Shown: positions 12,628 to 21,674 of the stretch, piece after piece
Layout of the letters: every line of letters begins with the position of its first letter
Position numbering within the stretch: the stretch's first letter is position 1
Origin: Psilocybe cubensis
Lineage: Eukaryota
NCBI GenBank assembly: GCA_017499595.2
Contig: CM039000.1
Location: 2,170,001 to 2,234,000, forward strand
Reading direction: 5' to 3'
DNA length: 64,000 nucleotides
Notes under the pieces: model-generated
What the model saw: the letters and a program-made list of their open reading frames with translations, nothing else
What the model was told of the DNA's origin: nothing
Databases searched by the model: none
Translations under genes and position numbers: made by a program

Positions 12628-13300
12628 GGGTAATTCGGCGGCTTTTACAACAATTATTTTTCTCCCTGTTGTTCGTATTATAGCTGTTGCTACAATCTGG
12701 CTAGGAATATTGCCATGCATAACAGTGTGGACGTCTTTTCCATGGGAGAATCCGCGTACGTACTCATCCGGGATCTCAATCTAATATCCACTTCTGATAG
12801 CTTCCTCTATCGATAGAATTCGCTACGAAGCCCCTGGGCCGCCATCCAACAGCATTTTTTCTCCAAGGTTTCTTCACATCCGGCATGGTTAGCGCCCTCG
12901 GCAGACATATTCACCGGCCTGATCATCGCATCGCTCATTGTACTCATCTTCGTTGCCGTCTTCCTCCTCCGTGAATGGATGTCGCAGAATGCTCGCCTGG
13001 GCGTATTCGAAGAGGAAGAGCTCCCCGATCTGCCCCCCGTTCACGCGCCTCCACCGCAACCACAACTGCAACATCAACCCAGGCTCGTCCGCCATTTTGC
13101 GCCGCTCGACCCTGCCAGCCTGAACCTTGAGCGTGGAGGGAACGCGCCGCTTTCAATGAGCGTCAGATCGAGGCTCTACGTATGGAGGCAATGCGTCAGA
13201 ATCTGGACACAAACATCGCCGTGGACCCCAACAGATGGCGAGCAGACGCCCAAATAGCCGCTCTTAGGGATAGGAAGAAAAAGATGAATGCCAAAAGCTT
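12628..13300 (+). pseudogene. DOA10: Internal fragment of ERAD E3 ligase Doa10/MARCH6, RING absent, frameshifted
   Basis: RRLLQQLFF/VRIIAVATIWLGILPCITVWT/FSMGES, a retained intron at ~12758-12800, then ADIFTGLIIASLIVLIFVAVFLLREWMSQNARLGVFEEE. Right end approximate. Confidence 0.8.
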
Positions 13301-14249
13301 CAACCCACATCATACGGTACGCGATGAAAACCAGGGAGAAACGGACCAGGAGGATGTACAATTTGAATTAGAGCAAGCGAGGAAGAAAAAATTCAACCAA
13401 CATGTTACAGTGGCGCAGGACGGGGACGAGCCTGGGTTAGTAAGTCCCAGCGAATCGGACGATACAGAGGATGATGAGGACGATTTCCATGAAGACGATG
13501 AAGTCGACAATGAGGGACATGGGCATGGAAACGGGCGTAGACATCGACGTCCACATCCTCTCCGACGGCCTCATTTCGAAGAAGAAAAAGACGACGAAGA
13601 CGACGAGGAAGACCAGGCAAAGTTGTGCAGTGGGGTGCTACCACCACCACCAACCCCTTTTTGCGGGTTTTCGATTCGACTGTTGACTCTTTGTTTGACT
13701 TTGCCTTTCGATCTGAAGCGGGGAGAATGGCGTGGTATACCCACTGCCCACTTACACCTACACCAACACCGTTTATCGACTATCGACCTTCACATTGGCT
13801 TTTGGTTTGCCAACCCAGTTTGTGTTCTACGGTTACACCCTACGCCTACACCGACGCTGACACTAGCGCCTCAGCTCATCTTACCTCACACCGACTTGCA
13901 GTACGCTCTGAACATCTTACACTGTTACACACCACATATCACACCATAGCATAGCATATCTTACACAACACCCACCAGACAAACTCGAATTCCGACTTAT
14001 AAACCCAAACCCAAACACGAAATCAAGACGAAATGAAAGCACTAGACACGAACCTGTACACTCCCATCATCTCATCATCTCATCGTGGCGCTTTTGGTTT
14101 TCCCCACTGTATGATGTCTGCGTCTACTTTAACCATTCACTTCGTCCCGCCCACACCGACGTCATCGTCGTCGTCTTCATCCGCTGCATCGTCCGCGTCG
14201 CTATCCACGCTGCCGACATCGTCGAATCCAACCCCCGCTCGTCGACTCT

Positions 14250-14301
14250 CACCACCACCACCACCACCACCACCACCACCACCACCACCACCACCACCAC
14301 C
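14250..14301 (+). repeat. (CCA)n microsatellite, ~17 units
   Basis: Directly visible. Confidence 0.95.
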
Positions 14302-14399
14302 CGCGCCGATCTTTCTATCTCTACCACCACCACCACGGCCGCCGCGCACCTACTCCCATGCACCGACCACCATCACCTGTGATAACAAACACGACACTG

Positions 14400-14620
14400 C
14401 ACACACCAGCACCCACACACAACCTCACGCTCATACGCACCGCCGCGGAGCTCATCGAACTCGACGTGAAACTGCGCAGTACGCACCCGGGCCTCAAAAT
14501 CCCATCGCTGCCCATCGACCCCGCCGGTCTGCCCCTCGCGCAGCAGAAGAAGGGGAAGGAGAAGAAACGAAAGTCGACGTTTTTGAACACGCTTTCGCGG
14601 CTGGCGTCGCCTGGGGGTGG
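14400..14620 (+). pseudogene. Gene fragment, possibly PX-domain-like
   Basis: HNLTLIRTAAELIELDVKLRSTHPGLKIPSLP resembles the PX pattern R..xF.xL.xxL...P..xP.LP. Embedded in low-complexity DNA. Confidence 0.3.
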
Positions 14621-15667
14621 CAAGGGGATGGGGATGAGTATGGGCATTGGGATCGGGAAGAAAGGGGGGAATACACCGCTTGTGATGGCTCCTGCCAAGT
14701 AGGGCCCGGATCCGTTTGGCTCGTTTGGTGCGATGACGCTTAGTTGGAGTGTTAGTGGGAGTATTGGAGGGGATGTGAATGGGTGGTCTGCCGCGCCGTC
14801 CATGACGAATCTAGCGTCGACTGCGTTGTCCACTGACGCGCTTGATAGGGATGGGGTCATCTCGACAGACAGAGAGAAAGAGGACTATTGATCACCCGGA
14901 AGGCGAGGACGCTCATGGTCGTGTGGCCGGCGGTATTATCGAAGAGGATGAAATGGAGGTGGAGAATGTTAGCTCGCAACGTCAGCAACATCTGGCAAAG
15001 TTGAATAATGCACTCAAAACGACCACCATCATCGGCGGCCTATAGGACGCGCGCGGGTTCATGCGCGTGCGGCTTGATGAGGTGAGGCAGAAGATGGACG
15101 CCGAGGAACAGGCGAGGGATGTGTGAGTGTTTTTTTATTTTATTTTTTTATTTCTTTCTTTCTTTCTTTTCTGGTTTTTGGGGTTTTTTGTTTTTGGAGT
15201 GTGGTTTTTAGAGAGTATGTTTTTTGGATTGTTTTTTTTGTGGGTTTATTTGGATAGATTTCGGTGGAATGGACAGATTCCAGTTTCGGAGGTTCTCTAT
15301 TCCATCCATCTTGCAGAGGTACTTTGAACGAGCACGGTTCTGGTTCTTGTTCATGTTGTTGTTTGTTCGAGGGTGTATCCTTCGCCTTCGTCTTCATCTT
15401 CGCATAGATCGTTTTGGCCGATGCATGCATGTACGGGTTGATTGATACGGGTGGATAGATGGTTCAGGACGGATAGCAGGATGGATAGAAGAACCGTCGG
15501 ATGGGCTTTTGCTTTTACTTTTATTTTCTTTGCTTTTATTGTATCCCATTCTTTTTTATCCTATTCTATTCCCATTCTTATCTCTAATTTTCTAAACACA
15601 ACTAACACCCCTTTTCCTCTTTTCCCTCCCTTCCCCTACACTTATTTAACTTACTACAACCTACAAG

Positions 15668-15803
15668 CCTCCGCACTCAATTCACCCAAACACACGAAGA
15701 CATCGCAACATCCTCCTCGCGCTGCTCCCGACGCTCTCGGAGCAGGTGCTGCGCGCGATGGATGTGGATGCGGTGAAGCGGGAGTTGCAGGCACGGTCGC
15801 GGG
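15668..15803 (+). pseudogene. PEX3: Peroxin-3 N-terminal-region fragment, frameshifted
   Basis: LRTQFTQTHEDIA/ILLALLPTLSEQVLRAMDVDAVKRELQARSR matches the Pex3 pattern LRRRFxQxQED..LALLPTL..QIL..MDVE....ELQ. A pyrimidine-rich intron end precedes it. Confidence 0.7.
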
Positions 15804-16549
15804 TGGGTAAAGGGAATAGGGAGCAGCAGGTGTTGGGGATTGGGAATGGGAATACACCAGCACAAGCACCGGCGAATAAGAGGAGTGTGTACCCACTTGC
15901 ACCGTACCCTTCCACTCCACCTCCGCCCCAGCCTCGTCAAACGCCTCCACAACAGGCTCAGGCTCAGCCCCAGCCTCATCAAACGCTTCACGCACCTGCT
16001 CACCATCACCCACACCAGCGCCCGCACCGTTCACACTCTCGCCGCCCGCACCCGTGTTCGTGCCGCGCGCCGCGTCGTTGCATTCCGCGTCGTTGTACCC
16101 GTTCGCCTGTTTCTTTGCACTCGCCGTACCTTTCGCTTTCAGGGACAGAGTCAGAGTCTATTTCCATCTCGCACGACACGCAGGAGATATCGTCGTCGTT
16201 TGTATCGGACAACGGGTCTGTGAGTCGTAGTTGGGTCGTTGAGGGTTCGGGTGAGGGTTCCGAACAAGGAGGTGCAGGGGAGAGAGCGCCATCGCCTGCT
16301 TTGAGCTCTGTTTCTGGTGTTTCCCGTTTCGCATTCGAATTCGACGGATGAAGGGGAAGGTGGGGATGAAGATGAAGATGGTACGTCACTTCTCTTTCGT
16401 TGTGGGAGTTTGATTTTATCTGATTAAGAAATGTGTATATGTGTAGGCAGAGAATGTGATTAGTGTGTATACGGACACTGATGCGGATGCTGTTGCGGTT
16501 GCGGATGCTGGAGCGGGAGGATCGGGATCGGATCGGGAGGAGCGGGCGT

Positions 16550-16840
16550 AGATGCGTTGATCACCTTCGCAGTGCCCTCCGATTCCCACAGTTCTCTTGC
16601 TGTTACTTGCGCCGGGCAGGGAAGTAGATCCAGTGCCCGGACTAGGTCTCTCAACCATCCTAACTATCGCTCTCCGGGGAGGGATGTCGTAACGTAGTAC
16701 TAGGATTAACCGCCTATATTTAATGGGAAGTACTCCTGTTTCAGAATAAAGAACTGCCGTTATCGACCTCGGACCCAAACCCAGTATTCGTCGCAGACAC
16801 TTGATCTGCACCTGTTCCAGGAGTCGTAGCAATGACCTGC
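16550..16840 (-). mobile_element. Non-LTR retrotransposon (LINE) fragment, post-RT region
   Basis: LEQVQIKCLRRILGLGPRSITAVLYSETGVLPIKYRRLILVLRY, then WLRDLVRALDLLP in another frame. RT catalytic core absent. Confidence 0.8.
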
Positions 16841-17352
16841 GATCGCTCCTTCTGTAAGTTCGCATATTGTCTGCGCTTTTTTGTTCGAAGCTGAATTTTG
16901 GAGCAGCTGGTGTATCCACACGACTGGCGCGAAGATGACTTTGTGGTCTTCCACAACCGTGGAGTTCTGCACACTGTCGTCGGTGCATGCCCTTGACCAG
17001 GTGCGCGCGTTCCACCAGTGCAACCTCGCTGCATAGGATGAGCCCATGGGCCCTTCAGCCGAAGACGTCCAAACCTATGCTTGAGTTAAGGCGGGTAATT
17101 TGCAAGACTTTCGTAGTCAATGGCATACCATTCCTCGATGTCTGGGTCGTGTCGTTTCCTCAGCATTTCTTGGAGCCTGAATTCCCCGTACCTTGTCAAG
17201 ATTGATCATCCCACTTGGGGAGGATATAGACACAGATGTTCCCGCTGGCATCGTCGAAGTCTATCGTGTGTTAATTGTATTGCCAAATAATAGACAGAGA
17301 AAAACATACTGCAAGGGTTATTAAAAAGTTGAGAGGAGATGTACCATCGTCG

Positions 17353-18170
17353 GCTTGCCGATAAGCAAACAGGGAAGACGAGTATTGGGAATATCTTCAT
17401 TGGTATGTAATTCTTTTCTCTTGCCGCGAAGGTGTTGAGCTGATGTCATCTTTTAATTACTTGCGTATAGCCGGTCTTGGGGCTGGAGTGACGGAAGCTG
17501 TTGCCATCGTGACGCCCATGGAAGTGGTGAAGATTCCTCTGCAAGCTCAACAACATTCATTGGCCGATCCTCTTGAAGCGCCTCGGTACCGTAATGCTGG
17601 TCATGCTGTGTACACCATCATTCGTGAGGAAGGAATCTCGACATTGTATCGTGGTGTCTCTTTGACGCCACTGAGACAAGCTACGAATCAGGGTACGTCT
17701 TCATTCGTGAATAGCCGAAGAACGCCTTTCTTAAGGCTTGTGTGTCCACCTTAGGTGCCAACTTCACCGCGTACCAAGAAATCAAGAAGCTCGCGCATAA
17801 GTACCAGCCAGACTTGGTCGAGCTACCATCCTACCAACACATGATGATTGGTCTTATCTCTGGAGCTATGGGTCCGTTCTCAAATGCACCAATAGACACT
17901 ATCAAAACTCGTACGTCCCTTTTTAACTACACTTTCTTAGCCTCTCTTACTCAAATCAATTATATCAGGTCTACAAAAAGCCAAAGCAACTCCAGGCCAA
18001 TCCTCCTTCCAGCGCATATTCGCGATCGCGGCAGATATGTGGAAGATGGAGGGCGTGCGGTCATTCTACAAGGGCATCACCCCCGCGTGCTGCGCGTGGC
18101 ACCCGGGCAGGCGATCGTGTTCGCGGTTTATGAACGCGTGAGCGGCGTTATTGAGACGATCAGCCCAAGA
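17353..18170 (+). pseudogene. SFC1: 5'-truncated, intron-retaining copy of mitochondrial succinate-fumarate carrier
   Basis: AGLGAGVTEAVAIVTPMEVVKI.LQAQQHSLADPLE..LRQATNQG/ANFTAY..GPFSNAPIDTIKTRLQK..PRVLRVAPGQAIVFAVYE with three introns. First carrier repeat missing, KIR>KIP substitution, and a 1-nt frameshift near 18080. Confidence 0.9.
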
Positions 18171-19259
18171 GTGAGAGAAGATCTCATCTCCACATGTATC
18201 CCTGCATGGTCATCCACTCTTCCTCCAACCCATGTTATCTCCATGGCTTCCAACGACAGGAGCGCGTCTTCCGAGACGATGATGTAGTCAATGACAGAGC
18301 GGCCTCCGTTGGCCTGACTGGAGGTCCACTGTGGGAACGGCGTTCGGTCGATTGGTGTCCCATTCACGACATGCAGAGAATTCTGCCCCATGATTTCCAG
18401 TAGGCGATTCCCTCTAGCAATGCAGGTATTATCTGGAGACACTCGTACTAAGTGCGATCCCGCTGCTTGTTGCAGGCCTATACGCGCGTTCAGGTCGCCT
18501 ATAATCATGTATGCCTTGGATCGCAAGACACAAATATTCGATAGCCTCCCCCAGCCATGTCTTAGGGTCCACATGCGTCCAAGATTCCCATCTGGAGTTC
18601 TCTGGCACAAGATACGAGCAGATTAGGATTAGGGATGGGAGCTCAAGGACCAGTATATCTGGGTGCATGATCTCGTCGCATATTCTATATTTTACAGTGT
18701 CCCGTATAATTACAGTGACGCCGCCCAGGGGGTGCCGCCATGGTCGCGATCGTGCCACTGGATGAAAACCGCGAGGTAGATCCAGAATATCCTCTTGCCC
18801 TGGCGCCATGTGTGTTTCCTGGAAGAAGGTAACATCATTAGATAGTACGAGATCCCTATACATTGGCGTATGGATTGATGCCGCGAGTCCTCCGTTGCAG
18901 TTCCAGGAGGCTACGCTGAATCTGGCGCTGTTTGTTTCTATCAGTGCCCGATGTGTGGAACCCGTCATCGCCGCTCTGCTGTTTGCGTATGCCCTGAAGT
19001 CCTGCGCATCCGCATACACCCGAAATCGGAGCCTGATGCGTCTCGCTTTCCTGGCATGCGTAACTGATACCAAACGTTCCATAGCTAGCCCATTGTCCTG
19101 CATCCATTCTCGCCCCATCCGCAGACGCTCAATTCTTTGGCATTGTAGTGGCCCCCGGAGAACATCTGTAAGATTGACGTCTCTTTCTTGCTGAGTTGCT
19201 TGTGTTGACGACATGCGTGGTGTGATTTCTGTTAGGACCGCTGTGAGTGGAGTTTCCAT
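18171..19259 (-). mobile_element. LINE fragment: AP-type endonuclease domain, frameshifted
   Basis: SWNCNG..FFQETH..YLVP../IIGDLNARIG..SVIDYIIVS..DDHA, split across ORFs 18429-19259 and 18128-18610. Confidence 0.9.
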
Positions 19260-19944
19260 GATAAGAAGAATTTGTTTTTGGTGATGGTGCGTGTTTTATC
19301 TCTTTTTTTTTCCTTTTCTTTTTTTTACTTCTTTCTCTATGTGCGTGTTTTTATTGACATTGACAGTCTTTTTTTTTTTCAATAGGATACCTTCCTGGAC
19401 ACGGAACCCGTACTGGGAGAGTTCACAGAGGAGGATCTCGAGCAGGAGCAGGATACCTACCAGAAGCCGCAGACGGACGCGGACCGCACGGATGGCGAAG
19501 GGTACGAGACAAACACGGCGCCGTCGCAGTCGCGCAGCTCGTCGATACGCATGGTACAGAGTCAGAGTCAGCTGCAGCAGGGACAAGGGCAGGACTGAGT
19601 CAGCAGGTGCCGGTGCAGCAGGTATCCAAACGGCAAACGCGCGTTAATTTGCCTCTAAAGGTGCTGACGACGCTTGTTTGGTAATAAAAAAAATGTTGTT
19701 TCAAGCTTCATGAAATAACATAGGCCACAGATGTCCGCGAATGTTAAGGAGTTTTATTATTCAGAAATGAGATTATGAGTCTTCAATGAGTATGATACAA
19801 ATATAGCGAATCAAATGGTAAAATTCAGGGATATATGTACAATAATACGAAGCGATAGCGATAAACCGAAAGCAACAAGAAAGCAACAAGAAAGCAACAA
19901 GAAAATGAAGAAAAGATAACAACAAGAAAAACCCGCCGGGGCGC

Positions 19945-20488
19945 CTAGTCGGTGCGGACAGGAGCGACATCGTATGTCTCGCACATTGCGAGATACAGGG
20001 CTCGCGCAGGGTAGGTGGCACGTATTTGGGCCTCGATCGCGATATCGTTGAGAACTTTCTTGCGCTCAAGTTCGAAGCGGTCGAGCTGAATTTCGTGCGC
20101 TTCCGATGTACCAGGCCGAGTACGTGCGCTTCGATTGTCGAGAATTTTTTTCAGGGTTTTAATCTCCTGGCGAACGCGGATGAGTTCCTCGAAATCGGCG
20201 TCGTTGGCTGGTGAGTGTTGAGCCTCCATGTCGCTGATCAACTTTCCTCCTGAAAGGAGCGGTAAGACGCTGTTCAAAGCTACAAATACTCACTGGCATA
20301 CCGCTACGATTTCGCAGAACAACTGGCGCTTCGCTATTTTTGTTGATGTAGCGAGCTATCGCCCCGAAGGCGGGCCCTCCGTACGTGCATAACCACTCCA
20401 CGATCTCGCATCCCGACGCGAATCCGTATTTGATGCCGTTGACGAAGGAAACGATGGTGGAAAAGATGTTGGAGACTATTGTGGACAT
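19945..20488 (-). CDS. Small two-exon orphan protein (~165 aa)
   Basis: MSTIVSNIF..NRSG joined by a GTATGC...TTTCAG intron (~20301-20250) to GKLISDMEAQ..VAPVRTD*. The reading frame is preserved across the splice. Confidence 0.55.
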
Positions 20489-21022
20489 GGTACGAATATC
20501 GATGTTGATAGAGGGCGTGATGAGCGAGGACGATGAATGAATGTGTTTGAGCGAGTGAGAGCGAGTGTGGTGAGTGTGGTGAGTGAGTGTGAGTGAGTGT
20601 GGTGAGTGAGTGGGAGTGTGGTGAGTGATAAGAGACTGCGAGAAAGTTGTTCTGAGAGACATCAATTCATAGAAGGCAATGGCAAACGATGGCAAACGAA
20701 TAAAATACATTGATGTGAGTATATACATTGCTACTACAGTGAAATAGAGACTCAGGTTCTAGAAATAAGAAGGGAGAAAAGCAGCTTTGACTGTGTAGCA
20801 TTTGTCAATTTATGTGTATGGTAGTAGGACACACCCGAGCCCAAAAAATACATATATTTCACTCGAAAATACGTTTTTTCTCGCTGAATAAACATGCGTC
20901 ACTGATACAGCGTTATTGAATGAAGAGCGTGTTCTCGTCGCTGAATACACAAGCGCCTAAGTAGCGTTGGTGAGGTGTGTCGCTTATCACCGAGACGCCA
21001 AAATAGCCGTAAAATCGCTGGG

Positions 21023-21097
21023 CGTGTCGCTCAACGCGCGCCGATCGCGCGTCAAGCGCGCGCTGATCGCGCGAGGAGGCGCGCGCTGAGCGGCACG
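21023..21097. repeat. GC-rich imperfect hairpin/palindrome
   Basis: CGTGTCGCTCAaCGCGCGCC ... GGCGCGCGcTGAGCGGCACG, with internal GATCGCGCG repeats. Confidence 0.8.
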
Positions 21098-21113
21098 ATG
21101 AGCGTGTCGATGT

Positions 21114-21515
21114 CTGTTTGACAATCTGTTTGATTTCAAACAGATATTATGTTTGATTTCTTACACAACTTATGTTTGATGTTTATGGTCGATAACATAC
21201 AGAATATACGGATGATTTCATGCACAAATTATCAAACAGGAGTTATATTTGGAATCAAACACTATTTATCAAACACAATGTACGTTTGTTATCTTACAGC
21301 GAACTTGACAGATTTTCTGTCAAGCCCGTGTTCTTTGACAAACAGGCGTCAAACATACGTTGTGTTTGATATCACATGCCTATCAAACATAACTTATGTT
21401 TGATGCTTGTTTGTCAGCAAACACAACTTATGTTTGACATCAAACATCGTCTTCTTACATAATATGTGTTTGATTGACGATGTTTGACATCAAACATGTA
21501 TCGGAGCCCGCAGTG
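21114..21515. repeat. Subterminal-type array of TGTTTGA/TCAAACA motifs in both orientations, ending in CAGTG
   Basis: About 17 motif copies by manual count. Palindromes ATCTGTTTGA-tt-TCAAACAGAT (21124-21145), ATCAAACATAA-c-TTATGTTTGAT (21382-21404) and TGTTTGA-ca-TCAAACA (21431, 21481). Confidence 0.9.
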
Positions 21516-21674
21516 ATACAGTGAAAAGTTGTTGGAAAGTTGTCAAAAGCGGTAGACAATGGCGGCAGAGCAGCCGTAGTGCGTGGGAAACGATCGACGG
21601 TAGCATTTGGTTCGATGGCGTTGACTATAACTTGAACCTTCTTGAACCTCAACCATGGCACCCCCTTCTCCGCA

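Larger units (their letters stand above)
1..21515. mobile_element. Putative right portion of a giant cargo-carrying TIR transposon (CACTA/CACTG-like); left end outside window
   Basis: Ends in a subterminal repeat array followed by ...GGAGCCCGCAGTG (reverse complement CACTGCGGGCTCC). The interior has only orphan/TE-type ORFs, gene fragments and LINE debris, with no intact core genes. No transposase or left TIR seen. Confidence 0.5.

Noticed and set aside
13182-16389. Long His/Pro/Gly-rich ORFs as real genes
   Set aside because: They are open in several frames because of low-complexity expansions; only short embedded segments resemble real proteins.
12144-21100. Helitron as carrier of the gene fragments
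   Set aside because: No convincing hairpin+CTRR 3' end or Rep/helicase was found by eye. Not fully excluded.
21114-21515. CRISPR-like or telomeric reading of the repeat array
   Set aside because: Eukaryotic context; the motifs are 7 bp, irregularly spaced and in both orientations, with no TTAGGG tract.
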